DNA of 57,018 nucleotides, the filler included, from Jimgerdemannia flammicorona (lineage: Eukaryota): NCBI GenBank assembly GCA_003990765.1. It is 3 parts of 3 records of this genome, joined end to end, with 100 filler letters (N's around TTAATTAATTAA, not from the genome) between each part and the next. Parts side by side here need not be neighbours in the genome. Positions count along the whole stretch, not along the records: positions 1 to 18,947 come from RBNJ01002068.1; positions 19,048 to 37,983 come from RBNJ01002069.1; 1 more part is not named here. One strand, written 5' to 3'. Shown here one piece after another: positions 13,946-27,104 of this stretch. Numbering within the stretch: the first letter of the stretch is position 1; the number at the start of each line of letters is the position of its first letter. Made by a program: the position numbers and the translations under genes. The notes beneath the pieces are model-generated. The model had not been told where the DNA came from, did not search any database, and worked only from the letters and a program-made list of their open reading frames with translations.

Positions 13946-16900
13946 ATGGCCGACCTCGACCTCAACCCCCAGCTCATCGCCAACCGCCTGGCTAAAGATA
14001 ACACCCTCCACCAACAGATTGCCCTGTTGCGCGTCGACCATAGTCACGCCGCTAAAGACCTGGCCCGATTCCGTGCATGCGACGACATGGGCCGTTGCTT
14101 CTACTGTCGCGAGTGGTCTCAGCTTATCTACAAGAAACATTTCACTTGGAATGCAAAGACGCAGGAGGATGTGCTGGCCGCTGCTGCTTATTCTGCTGCC
14201 ACTACTACAGAATCCAACGGCGGTGGGAGAAGCAGGAGCCCGTCGTCGCAGCGTGCGAGGGTCGGAAGTACCAGCGGGAGCCAGCAGCACCTACAACAGG
14301 AAAAAAAGAAGGATAAATCTGCGCTACTGACCAAACAGCTCGAAGACACTGTGGAGAAGAGGAGGCAACAGCAGAAGCAGAAGCAGCAGCAGCAGCAGCA
14401 GTTGCTGCTGCAGGCTAACCATGGAGGAGGAGGGGGCACGGGTACGGGCACCGACGCGACTTCTCTGAACAGCAGCGGCACCGCCGACTCCGCCGACCTC
14501 ATCGACCAGTTGGTGTCCAGAACCCTTGAGTGGATCAAGACGCCCTCGACTCTTCACACCCTGCCTAACATTTTCCTCCCCGTCGAGTTCGACTCCTTCC
14601 CACACGCAGTCCCGCTCCCCGACGACCCCAACGATCCGTCCCATCTACTAGATCCCCTCGTTATCGACAAGTCTGCCCTCTCCCTGCCGTGTGACGCTTT
14701 CCCCTTGCTCAAGCTCGTCACCAGCGACATGCTCCTTTCGCACATAAACCCCACTTGCCACCACACCCGGGCCGAATTCAAAACCCCCTCGGACCTGGAC
14801 GTCGACCGGTCCGTCTTCAACGATGAGCTCGAGCGCGTCGGACGCCAGACATTGGAGGAGCTTGGCAAGGAACTCGATAATGTCTGGGCGCAGACTAACG
14901 TCTTTCTTAACAAGATCGTCAAGCTCGAGCAGGAGCGCGACCACCTCCTGGGCGCCGGCTGCGTCGCCGCCCTCTCCGAGTTCGCCCGCACCAACCGTGA
15001 TCGCATACAATCCTTCAACGAGTACTGGGCTCCCATCGTCGAGGCTAACAAGAAGTCTGGCAAGGGCGGCAAAGCCGCCACGGGAGGCGGTGGTAAGAAG
15101 CCCTCGAGTGGCACTTCACCGACTCCGGACCAGCCCGTCGACGACCTCGATACCGCTTTCTCTAATCACCTGGCTAATATCCAGGACCTGGCTGACCAGT
15201 GGGACGCACAGTTTGTCGTCCCGCGCTACGATGCCGTCCGTGTTCACGTCCAGTCTGTCTGGGACACACTCATCAACACCCTTGGGAAGACCGTGGCCCG
15301 CATGGCCCAGAACCGTATCGACAAGTACGACGAAGCAGCTCCCGAACGGTGCAATCAAGCCCTCAAGACCCTTGAGCGGCTCAATCCCTCCGCGGACCTC
15401 TCGGCTGCGCTGGCCCGCCTCCAGACGAGCGTGACGCAAAAGATGGACGAACTCCGCACCGAGATTGCCTCCGTCCGGCGGTCGTATGAGACGGAGTCGA
15501 CGCGGACCGTACAGGGCAGGCTTGAGAAGACGGCTAACAAGGACTTCCGGCGCCGGATCAAACGCCTCGAGCTCATGCAGCAGCAGATCCGCCAGCATTG
15601 CGCTGCAGAGCTCGCGCTGGTCTTTCCCGCGCACGCGCTCGCCCGTGTCACCCTCAGGTGTCTCGAGTGCTTGCTGTTAGAGGGGGAGATTATGGAGGCC
15701 GTGACGCTTACATCGTACGCGCGCCGCGTCGAATCCACCACGCAGAGTGTTGACGCGAGGAGGGCGAAAGTGCTAGAGGAGTGGGGCGAAGGCGTGGCGA
15801 GGGGGAGGAGGGAGTTGGCGGGCGTGCTCGGGAGGCTCTTTCTCAAGGAGGGTCTGAGAATACAGGAGGAAGGGATCGCGCTGAGGAAGCAGAACAATTT
15901 ATTGAAGCAGTTTGGGCAGAATGTCGAAGTTGAGAACGGGAAGGGGAGGAAGAAGAAGCAAGGAAACGGCGGCGTGAGCGCGGGCGCGAATGGCAAGGAG
16001 AACGGAGTCACCAACGAGTTCGCGCTGGGACAGCAGCAGCTGCAGGTGGCGGACGAGAAGGAGATCGGGGAGGACATAAATACCGGCGGCAAGAAGAAAA
16101 AGAACAAAAAGAAGAAGGCTTTGACGGAGGGCGGGTCCGAGAACGGGAGCGGCGTCGGGTCCACGCCGCCCAGTCCCACCGTCGAGAAACAACAGGAGGT
16201 CGCCCAAACCAGGGTCGTCCGCATCAAAAGCACCCCCGTGGAACCCGTTGTGTCACCCACGCCCGCCATTATGAGTCCTCCGCCAGTCGTCAAGAGCCCC
16301 TCCGTTGTCCAGCCAAATCATCAACAGCAGCAAACGCCACCGTTGACGGCGATGCACCCCTTGCCGAGGAAGAATCAGATGCATCCACCGGAGCTGAACG
16401 ATTTGTTTTCCAGGGGGTCAGTGACCAAGCCCCCGGCCGTAGCTCCCTCTTCGTCCCCTGTGCCTCCTCCTTCCCCTTCTACCGTGATGGGTTCGTTGCC
16501 TCCGCCGTTGGTACCAACACCTGTGGGTGCGGCCGCGGAGTCAAAGCGAAAGGAGAAAGAGCGAGAGAAGGCGAGACAGAGGGAGGAGGTGGCGAGGCAG
16601 AGGGAGGAGGTGGCGAGGCAGAAGGAGGAGGCAGCGAGGCAGAAGGAGGAGGCAAGGCAGAAGGAGGAGGCAGCGAGGCAGAAGGAGGAGGCAGCGAGGC
16701 AGAAGGAGGAGGCAGCGAGGCAGAAGGAGGAAGTGGCGAGGCAGAAGGTGGAGGTGGCGAGGCAGAAGGAGGAAGCAGCGAGGCAGAAGGAGGTGGCGGG
16801 CGGGGCGGTAGAGGTTGACGAGGATGTCGTCTTCCGTGAGCAGGCCAAGGTCGAATCGGTGCATTGGGCCGAGCAGGTTCAACCACCGCCGCAGCAGCAG

Positions 16901-18263
16901 CATGCGGTCGTCGACGAGTGGCACGTAGTCGAACCCAAGAAACATCATCAGGGGCCGCTGCGTCGCGATTCCACAGACGTGATCAAGTTCTCGCTCAAGG
17001 ATCTGGCGGCGGCTGCGGGGGCGAAGGCAGTAGCGGTGGCGGAGACGCAGACCATGCAGCAGCAGCAGCAATACTACGTTCCTCCTGGACGGCAGCAGCA
17101 ACAACTACAACAGCAGCAGTTGCAGCATCAGCAGCAACAGCAACCCAACCTGGTCTATGATGCCCAGGCACCCTTCGTCCCCGCCGCCGCTGCTGCCGCC
17201 GCCGCCCCCGCCCCCGAGGCGACACTGACACCCTCTCCCCAGCAACCTGCCACCGCCGCCACTGCCGTCGCTACTCCGGCACTGAACCTGGAACTCTTGG
17301 CCCAATCGGATCTCATCTCGTTGGTGCGTTCTCTCCATTCTGAGAACGCGCAGCTCGTGCAAACGCTCATGTCGATGCAACGCGAGGTCTCGTCGCTCAC
17401 GTCGCGCTACACGGAGTTGATCGAAATCGCCCGCGAGCGCGAATACCAACTCGAGATGCGCAAGATGCAGGAGATGGAGGAACTCCGCCGTTATGTTCTC
17501 CTGGTCGAATCCAGGTACCGCGAGGCCGAGGCTCTGCTCGCCGCCTACGGGGTCACGGGCGCCAGCGCCAGCGGGTCACCCAATGGCGTCGCCAACGGTA
17601 GTGCGAACCTCAACAGCGAAAGCCCGCGTCACGCCCCTGTCGACGTCGCCCTCGCTAATAGCACCCTCAACCACGGCGACGTCGTCGACAACCTAGCGTC
17701 CCCCAAGTCCATCGGATCGCCGTCGTCGGCCGCGGCGAACTCCGGGTCGAGGTTCGCGGTTAAAGAACAGGTCTCGCAACAGCAGCAGCAGCAGCAGCAG
17801 CAGCCCACCGCCGCTGCGCACGAGAGGCGCAAATTTGGCACGTCGCATCCGGGTGGGGTCTGGCGTGGGCCGGTGGTTGTTAGGTGTGGCAATTGCGGCG
17901 GGACGGGCCATACGAGCAGCGAATGCAAGGTTGGTTTTGTGGGAATAGGTGTGAAGCGGAAATGGAAGGGGATTGTCGTGTTACTTGCCGGGATTATCAT
18001 CGGATTCTGGTACGGGTTGGTGTGGCGTGGTTCAGGAACGGTTCGGTTCACGCGCAAGCGTTCGCGATTCTACTCTATTGTCTTGATGATCTTGCAGCTT
18101 ATTTATCTCATGCTTTACCTCCATCTCTTCTATTTTCTCGTCTTCCTAAATACATGGTGCAAAATCCCCCTCACCTCCCTGTAAAATGCTGTCTTTACAG
18201 GACTCATGCCGGTACTGCGAGAGTAGGCAGCACCTTTCAGAGGATTGCACTCAGATGAGATAA
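13946..18263 (+). CDS. Two-exon gene (13946-17929, 18201-18263), ~1348 aa: helical/coiled-coil protein with Q/P-rich and charged repeats and two C-terminal CCHC zinc knuckles
   Basis: Long GC3-rich ORF; first in-frame ATG in ACAATGG context at 13946. Phase-0 intron GTTGGT...TTTACAG (17930-18200) joins CGNCGGTGHTSSECK to DSCRYCESRQHLSEDCTQMR*, giving two CX2CX4HX4C motifs. Confidence 0.88.
16570..16800 (+). repeat. Coding 21-bp minisatellite encoding heptad (RQKEEAA/RQREEVA) x ~11
   Basis: Tandem AGGCAGAAGGAGGAGGCAGCG-like units; visible in the translation. Confidence 0.9.
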
Positions 18264-18834
18264 ATCGGTGATGATAAGTGGCGCGAGTGAACAGGACGGA
18301 GGTTTAATTGAAAGAAAATGGAGTTCGTGGAAGTACAGTGAACACGGGATGGGTCGGATGGCGATGTTGCGGTAGAGATGCCTTTTTTTTTTTTTTTTTT
18401 TTTTGGCATCTAGTTTGGACTGACATAAGCATTTAATCTCTCGTCTTCGACAGAATTGCCTCACGTTGTTCCTTTTTTGCTTTTCTTCCTTTTGTACAGA
18501 AGGTTATTTTGATTTTCCTTGCGCTTGTAGTTCCTTCCTTTTACAGTCATTCAACCTTTTCTGTGCGTCCCTCATTGGCGTACGCATTTGTATAATTCTT
18601 TTGCGTTTCTTCCCTTCATTGTTAATGGTTAATGTATTCTTGTATGACTCGCTTACATATCTGCGTTTTCGTGCTTTCTCTGTCCCTCCTATCTATACAT
18701 ACGGTGATTTGCGATGTACTTGTGTGTTGCGTGAGTTTGTTGGTTTTGCACCTACTGTTGATTCAGCGTATCTGTTCAATGGGCTTTTGGATGTGCGGAG
18801 GTTTGATTAGAATATGTATCAAAATATACTCATA

Positions 18835-18914
18835 GGCAAGATGGCCGAGTGGTCTAAGGCGCTGCGTTTAGGCCGCAGTCTCGAAAGGGGCGTGGGTTCG
18901 AACCCCACTCTTGT

Positions 18915-18916
<2 letters not shown>
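18835..18916 (+). tRNA. tRNA-Leu (anticodon UAG), intronless, long variable arm
   Basis: Acceptor GGCAAGA/TCTTGTC-A, D-arm GCCGAGTGGTCTAAGGC, anticodon arm CTGCG-TTTAGGC-CGCAG, T-arm GTGGG-TTCGAAC-CCCAC, followed by a poly-T Pol III terminator. Confidence 0.97.
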
Positions 18917-18947
<31 letters not shown>

Positions 18948-19047
18948 NNNNNNNNNNNNNNNNNNNNNNNNNNNNNNNNNNNNNNNNNNNNTTAATTAAT
19001 TAANNNNNNNNNNNNNNNNNNNNNNNNNNNNNNNNNNNNNNNNNNNN
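18948..19047. other. Artificial assembly spacer (N-run with TTAATTAATTAA linker)
   Basis: Exactly 100 nt; the linker places stops in all six frames. Confidence 0.95.
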
Positions 19048-20449
19048 AAAAAAAAAGGAATTAGTATAGCATTTTATTTGTGGGTAAAAATAAGTGGTTC
19101 CACAGGTTCAAAGAGATTCGGTAAAGCGTGGCCGAAATCCGGTGTCATGCCCGACGCGCCCGGATTTCGGAACTCGTTTGAGGTGCCTGTGCGTTTGTTC
19201 TCTTGGATTCTGTCTACACAAGGCTTGAATCAATTAGCTGTTTGCCTTATTCCGCTGGTCAACCAACGAAAAGCGGCGTATCCGAAAACCAAATGGCGCT
19301 GTAAGTAATTATTCCACTAGTAAGGGTCGCCTTGGCGGCTTCCTTAGTATATGCAGATTTTAACTTACTAAAGTGACGGGAAAACCTGCACGGTAATGCA
19401 GGGCCGGATCTCATGGTCGTCCCTCAGCATACTTTTTCTCCTCGGGAGAGAGTGCGATAAAGCTTGGTAACTGCATCGGGTATGCTTGTCCGCACGGCCG
19501 CACGGGCCGAGAGTCACACAACATGGATACAGGGGTTTATGACAGGTATCAAATAAAAAGGGTGGGCACGGGTGGTGAGACCGAAACACGCGAGCTCTAC
19601 TATGACATCAGAACCGTGCATCTTGTGCGAGTCATGTTTCCACGCAACTTGTCAGTCGCCTGACAAAAAAAAATTCTGCTTTTTTCATACTATTCCTTTC
19701 ATCCCCGCTGATTTGACAATGGGTTGTCGGGGTTGGTCAAATTGCTCAAAAGTATTTTAGTAATGGTTCTTTATTATTATTATTATTATTTGAAAAATAT
19801 TATATATTCGAATGTCTCCATCGGGAAAGGCTGAAATATGAGTTCCCACCACCACATATTCATCTCTCCTTGTCGGGCTCGTTTATGACGAACTGACCAA
19901 ACGCCTCGCGACATTTCCCAATGATTCACTGACCAAACATATTTATGTCAGAGATTTTTTGCGCCGTATGAAAAACATACGGCAACCTGAAAACTACTAT
20001 GGCATGACGGGATTTTGGACATAACCCAACAGGGCGTCGACCTTGTGTCGCTTGTACCGCCTTATTACCCCTCCGTCCCACGCGAAACTACGTCAGACTT
20101 CCGAACAGTAGGACTAGTCCTCGCACGAATCCGCCATCTGTCACTCAATCTATTTCCGTGCTAGTATATGGCGGCGATATCCTGGGTGCAAAACGAGATG
20201 AATTTTGGGGCAGCACTGAACGAAACAGTAATTTTGCAGGCCATAGTCAATCGGGTTAGGTCATAAATAGAGATAATTCTCTACATTGTATAGTTTAATA
20301 TTCACCATAATAAGCATAAATTATATTTTGGAAAAGACATATTTGAAAGACAAGTGTATTGTTACATATTCTTGATTTTTGGCGTCTAAAGTACGAGCCT
20401 CATGGGTCATAAATTGCATGCGCTTCACAAAAATAATTAAAATAATTGT

Positions 20450-20944
20450 CTATTTGAACTCGTGAAATTGGAGTTGAAAGCGAATAAAGCGCATGTCAGG
20501 ATCCTTCAAAGGCCAGCAAACCGAGGGATTCTCTGTGGTGCTGATGAGGTCCACACTGAGCTGGCCCCTATTCACCTTCGTCACAAGCTCCACCTTGAAC
20601 TTTTCGAACTCCCGCTCCTCGACGAAGTCCCAAAAGATTGTCCAGTCCCAGTGGTCGCAGGCGCTGCGCTCCACAGATGTGAGATATTTCAAAATCCCCT
20701 TTCCATTTGCCGTGACCGTCACCAATTTCTCCGGTTCTGAGGTAGGGAACCGCATTTCAAGCGCCACGAAGCTCCCCCAGAACTTTCGGTCCTTCGCTAC
20801 GCCGTGGTCGTGGATCATCTGGATGAAGCGTGCAATGAACACACCGTACAACTCCATCATGGGGCTAAGGCGGGATACCTTGTCTTCAGGAGGTGCACGG
20901 GACCGACGTTTTGATGCACGATGACGGGAGAATATGTTGCCCAT
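20450..20944 (-). CDS. Uncharacterised small protein, paralog 1 (164 aa), putative N-myristoylated
   Basis: Starts MGNIFSRHRASKRR. Homologous to three other intact ORFs; all indels between copies are in-frame. Confidence 0.8.
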   Translation of the reverse strand: MGNIFSRHRASKRRSRAPPEDKVSRLSPMMELYGVFIARFIQMIHDHGVAKDRKFWGSFVALEMRFPTSEPEKLVTVTANGKGILKYLTSVERSACDHWDWTIFWDFVEEREFEKFKVELVTKVNRGQLSVDLISTTENPSVCWPLKDPDMRFIRFQLQFHEFK

Positions 20945-23726
20945 GTTTAATTGGCTGAAAGGAGAGGAAGGAGTTGGGAAGTGGAAGGAGTTGGGAAGTT
21001 ATAAAATGTCGAATAAAATTGTTTCCAAGATCAAGAATTTCACGTGTTGCTATGACGTATTATAACTACATACAAGAGCATTTAGGCTTAGACCATTAAT
21101 TCGACACAGTAGAGGGTGTTTCATTCCACCTGAACGCCGGTTCAAAAATAGTGGCTCAAAAAAAGATGAAAAAACAAAAAATAACACTTTGAGTTCAAGA
21201 AAAAGTCAGGAGCTAGAAAGCACGCCACATACACTCGGAGAACCAGAATCCCCTTCTACGGTTTTTTATTGTTTCAGTGAACATCTACAGCGTAATTTAT
21301 TCAAGACAATACCTAGATTCCGTAATTGCCAATCTCACAAAAATCAATTGACAATTCTCGGGTACCGGCGCACGGTTGCTTCCTCGTGACGATATAACTG
21401 CACGCCATCGGAAGTGGATGATCAGGCCCATACGGGTTGGTTAAAGTTGAGTAGTACGCCACTTTTTTTTTTTTTTTTTTTTTTTGCGGTAGCATAGAAC
21501 ATCACGAGTAGGGTCTGCTGAGGAATTCGGACGACGTTGTGAAATTGCCAGGTTACTTTTGCCGATTAGCTGCGAGGTTCACCTTGCCGTGTCCCCAGAA
21601 CCTCATTTACCCGTGGCTTACTAGCGACTAGCCGTTCCCGAGGCTCGGTATAGTGCATTGTATGATTACGGGCTGCCTTCCTACTTTATTAATTTTGTTA
21701 TTTGAATTAAAGAATAGCGAGGATGGCCGTTTGAAGGGTGGGAGGGGGCTAGGTAAGAAATAACCCGGCCCGTGGGCCTATCGCTTTTGGAAAGAAAATG
21801 AACGGTTTTCACGGCGTTTTGGCGTGACCGCTGAGGTGTGGCGCTTTCTTTTACATATAACACGCACGCAGTTCGCGAAATGAAATATTATTAATATTAT
21901 TACAATGGGTGAGGTCCGTGGACGGTTCTCGGGCCTTTCCTCCCAAGTATGTATAGTAAGTATTGCAGGTGGGTCCACAAGTACTGTGTGGCCTATGGTC
22001 ACTCCAATGAAAGAGAGGGGGGGGGAGAAGGGAAGATAAGGGTGATAAGGGAACCACATCATGCGCATGCTGTCAATCAAGAAAATGCACATGCAATAAT
22101 GTGGCACCCAGATCCCGGGTATTATGGACAATTAGGGTAATATAAAAAATAGATCGGCCGAGGATGGAATTACTAACACGACCCTTCGGGTAAACCAGGG
22201 TGTTTCGCATTACTTCAAGGCAAATGCACACTCCCCCGCAGAACCGCCAAGGTAAGGGCCTGCGCAAGCTGAGCTTCGCCCAGCATCTACAGTGACATAT
22301 ACTGTTGGCCACCAATATATATTAGTCCTTGGGGTTGGGAGTGATGGACAGAATACTCCACTGGCAGTTAAAAGTGTTTCTGAGTTTCTAAACCGTTGTC
22401 ATAATTGTTGGCAATCGTGGATAGTGTTCCGCAACTCGACCCGACCCGGCAGAATCCGCGAGTGCCTGTGTAAAGACTCGTACCAAACCCGACTGGACTG
22501 TTTTACGAAAACCCTCAATATCTCCATGAAAACAGGTCCGCATTCAATATAATTTGTCAAGTGTAATATGGGAAAGTGCGACAGCGGGACAGTGGGACTA
22601 GCCCCCACAATCTATCAATCAACCTATCAAACACCTGTTCTTTTTGTAACTTATAAAATCCGTACCCTAGGATAATGGCGATGGATGCTGCCGGTATATA
22701 GCGGCGATATCCTACCCCGAATTATGCTTCGTCAACTTGTACATTTGACAGGCATTCATGCCCCAGCCTTTCCCGGTGAAGGTATTCGAGACGTATGATT
22801 TAAAATAATAATAATATTATTATTAATAAAAGAACCATTATTATATATACAGCCTACCAAATTCCTTCTGACCAAACCTGGCAACCAATTGTTAAATCAG
22901 CGGGGAAGGAATACCACGGAAAAAGGAATGTCTTGCAGATAGCATTTTTGTCAAATCACGTGGAAACATGACTTGCACAAGATGCAGGATCCTGATGCCA
23001 TAGCCAGGTATCCTTGAACATGCGTGTTAAGGTGCCACCACCCCGTGTCCAGCTCCCTGTCAGAGGACTGTCTACGTTACACCGCCCACCTTGCGTCATT
23101 GTATATCCTCTTATACCCCGGTATCCGTGTGGTGTAACTATCTCGACCCCGACTTTCCCGTGTGGACAAGCATACCGTGACGGGTTCGATGATATCATCC
23201 CGCAGTTGCCAAGATTTTATCACACCTTCCCAGTGAGGAAAAGAGTACTCACCCATCGAGAAGGTGCTGGACATCAACTGACTGGACGGGCCATGTGCGC
23301 AATTTTCAGGTTACCATATATTTTTCATACGGTGTCAAACGTCTCTGACACAAATATTTTTGATAAGTGATTCATTGGGGAATATCGCAACAAGTCGGTA
23401 TATCGACGACGCGAGGCGTTTGGTCAGCTAGTCGTGAACGAGCCCGACAAGGAGAGATGTATATACATGGAGGGTGGGAAACAATATAAAGTCACTGAAC
23501 GAAACAGATCGGGTTAGGTCATAAATAGAGAACCCTCTACCTTGCATAGATTAATATCGGCAATAAACATATTGGAATAAACATAAATTACATGTTGGAA
23601 ATATACATAAATCACATATTGGAATAAACATAAATTATATCTTATATTGAAAGATATTTATATTGTCATATATGGTGTTTAAGGTACGAGCGTCATGGAT
23701 CATATACTGTATGCAAAATTAAATGT

Positions 23727-24215
23727 CTATTTGAACTCGTGAAATTGGAGCTGAAAGCGAAGAAAGCGCATGTCAGGATCCTTCAAAGGCCAGCATACCG
23801 AGGGATTCGCTGTTGTGCTGATGACGTCCACACTGACCTGGGCCTCATTCACCTTTGTTATAAGCTCCAACTTGAACTTTTCGAACTCCCGCTCCTCGAC
23901 GAAGTCCCAGAAGATTCCCCAGTCCCGATGGTCGCAGGCGCTGCGCTCCACGGATGTGAGATTTTCCAATAACTCCATCCCATTCTTACTTTCTCCGGGG
24001 ACCTTTGCCGTGACGGCCACCAACTTTTCCAGTTCTGAGTTCTGAAATCGGAATTCCAGCACCACGAAACCTCCCCAGCATTTCCGGTCCTTCGCTATGC
24101 CGCGGTCGTGGATCATCTGGATGAAGCGCAATATGAACACACCGTACAACTCCATCATGGGGCTAAGGCGGGGACGTTTTGATGCACGACGACGACGAGA
24201 GAATGTGTTGCCCAT
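23727..24215 (-). CDS. Uncharacterised small protein, paralog 2 (162 aa)
   Basis: MGNTFSRRRRASKR...LTSVERSACD...FQLQFHEFK; full-length homology to the other paralogs. Confidence 0.8.
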   Translation of the reverse strand: MGNTFSRRRRASKRPRLSPMMELYGVFILRFIQMIHDRGIAKDRKCWGGFVVLEFRFQNSELEKLVAVTAKVPGESKNGMELLENLTSVERSACDHRDWGIFWDFVEEREFEKFKLELITKVNEAQVSVDVISTTANPSVCWPLKDPDMRFLRFQLQFHEFK

Positions 24216-27104
24216 GTTGGATTGGGAGAAAGGACTGAGAGGCGTTGGGATAAGTTATAAAATGAAGAATAAGTTGTTTCTGGTCAGATTGAGAATCTCA
24301 CATAGGTGTTACATTGATGACATATGACTGCATACTAGAGAACTTAGGCTAGGCCATTAATTCGTATTTGTCTGTAGTATCACAGTGTTTTTTGGATTGT
24401 GTTTTTTTGAGTGGCATATCCGGATGATTTCAAGTCATATGCCTGGCCATGTGAGACCTTAAGGGGACGTTGGAGAAGGGAACCTGACCAGACCTCCCTA
24501 TTATTGGAGAAGGGGAACTCGGCGAAGGATAACTTGGCAAAGGAGACCTCGGCAAAAGGGAAGGGATCTTGTAAGATAACATTATTTAATAAAATATGTT
24601 AGCTATAGGCAATATGATTCTACCATATTATGTTGCTAGATGCCAAGAAACAAAAAAAGAAATTAAAGGGAAGAGAAGTATCGTAAGGTCGGTTATGACG
24701 TGAGATCAGTGGGAGGGATCTCTACTGCACCGAGGTCCCTTATCGAAATCCCCATGGCCACATTGCTGGGCGTGTGACTTAAAAATCATCCAGCTATATG
24801 TCATACAAAAAAAACAAAATCAAAAAAAAAAAAAAAAAACAAAATCAAAAAAAAAAAAAAAAAACCGTGATGCTATAGACGTCCCCATTAATTGGGCATT
24901 TCGAGGAGTTCAGCAGAGGGTGTTCCATTCCTCCTGCAGAGAGAGCTTAGTATAGTGTTCTATATATTCAGCCTCCTCTTTTAATCGCTATGACGACCCT
25001 TCAAAACAAGGGTCCAAAAAAGAAAATAGAAGCTTGAGGTCAGGAGAACTGAAAGAACATCACTTACACTCGGAGAGCCAGTATGTAATTACATCGCATT
25101 AGGGGTAACCTTCCTCATATCATTTGTCACGTTCAACCCTGAGAGTCACCGTAAGGGTAGGGGAGCAGCATCGTTGGAATATTTGTGATCGTGGCTGACA
25201 TCGAGCGCAATGTATTCGAAACATTCAATTAGCGTGCAATCCCACAAAAAAAAAAAAAAAAATCTATAGACCATCCTCAGCCACAAACCTAGGCAGAGCC
25301 TCGCTGAATTTGGGAATATCCCTAAAAGATGACGATAAGATAAGACTGCATAAGGTGCACGCTATTGGACATCAGTTTGACAGATTCATGCAGATCGTGG
25401 TGCCGACGTTACCGTTCGGGTAGAGTCGGGAACTGTGGGGTAGCATTCGGGGGGGTATATTCGAGGATGGAGTGAGTACAATATATTGGGCGTATTCCCA
25501 ATTTTGTTTTGTTAAAGAGACGCCTGCGCGGCTATCGCATTCCGAAGGAAATGAGCGAAATGTGCTCGCTGCAGCGCTTTCATTCAAAAATGGAATTCGG
25601 GTGTTTTCTCCCAGGTATGAATAGTATTTTCTTTGTGAGGAAATAGCGTGAGTTTCACAAGTTCTGTAAAGCACGGACTCAATTCAGTGAAAGATTTCGG
25701 TCATGCGGCCGGCGTTCGGATTTTATTTTTTTCGCAACCCGTTTGAAGTGCCTGTGCGTTTGTTCTCCTGGATTCTATCTACACAAGGCTTGAATAAATT
25801 CGCGGTTCCTGTGAAATTCTCCAGCTATTTACCTTATTCCGTTCCATTCGTGCTAGCCAACCAAAGAAAAGTGGCGTATCCGAAAAACCAAATGGCGCTG
25901 TAGGTAATCATTTACACACATATATATATACAACATTAGTCAACCTGTAAGGGTCGCCTTGGCTGCTTCCTGGGTATATACAGATTTTAACTTACTAAAG
26001 TGAAAACCTGCACGGCCGGAAATTTGGGACAACCTGATATGATGTTTTTGGTAATGCAGGGCGTTGATCTTACCCTCCCGTCCCACGCGACACGACGTTA
26101 GATTTCCGAATAGTAGGACTAGTCCTCGCGATATCCTACCCCAAACTATGCAACGTCAACCTGTATATTTGACAGGTACTCATATTTCGGCCTTTCCCGA
26201 TGGATATCTCATGTGTTTTTGTTTAAAATAATAATAATAATAATAATAATAAAGAACAATTATTATACACAGCTCACTAATTCATTTGAGGACTTGACCA
26301 AATCTGACAACCATTGTTACCATTGTTAAATCAGCGGGGATGAAAGGAATAGCATGAAAAAAAAGGAATATCATGCAGATAACATTTCTGTCAGGCGACG
26401 GCAAGGTGCGTGGAAACATGACTCACGGAATGCACGGCCCTGATGTCATAGTCAGATATCCTAGAGCACGCGTGTTTCGGTGCCACCACCCCGTGCCACT
26501 GACGGTTTTATTTGTCCACCTCCCTTGCCTTTTTATTTGATGCCTGTCATAATTCCGTGTATCCGTGTTGTGTAACTCTCGACCCTGATTTACCCGTGCG
26601 GAAGCATACCGTGACATCCAATGTTTATCACACTCCTTCCCAGGGAGGGAAAAGTCTGCTGAGGGTGCTGGATAACGACTGGCTGGAAGACCATGAGATC
26701 CGGGTGCACGATTCGGTCATGCCATAGTAGTTTTCAGGTTGCCGTATATTTTTCATACGGCGTAAAACGTCTCCGACATAGATATGTTTGGTAAATGATT
26801 CATTGGGGAATATCGCAAAATGTCGGTATAACGATGACGCGTGGTCAGTTCGTCGTGAACGAGCCCGACAAGGAGAAATGTAATTATATGGGAGGTGGTG
26901 GGAGGGTGCCAAACGAGATGAATTTCGGGGTAGTCACTGAACGAAACAGTCATAAATAGAGAGAATTATCTACATGGCATAGTTTAATATTGGCCATAAG
27001 CATATTGGAATTACATTTTGGAAAAGACGTTTTTGAAAGACAGGTGTAATGTTACATATTCTTGATCATATACTGCATTGCATGCGTTTCACAAAAATAA
27101 TTGT

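Noticed and set aside
17930..18184. Apparent C-terminal transmembrane segments
   Set aside because: They lie within the predicted GT-AG intron.
18992..19003. TTAATTAATTAA inside N-runs (also 38028-38039)
   Set aside because: Artificial six-frame-stop linker. It also means linkage between the tRNA, the array and the TE block cannot be assumed.
20493..20924. Antisense ORFs over each paralog (also 23770-24045, 27148-27654, 35232-35585)
   Set aside because: Shadow frames with inconsistent starts and stops between copies.
24807..24864. Duplicated A-rich CAAAATC(A)n unit
   Set aside because: Low-complexity slippage or assembly artefact.
25372..25903. Possible second gene in the repeated unit (ORFs at 19078, 25372, 25703, 28605, 28662, 34248)
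   Set aside because: Homologous copies differ by frameshifts and share no start or stop, so this is duplicated non-coding DNA.
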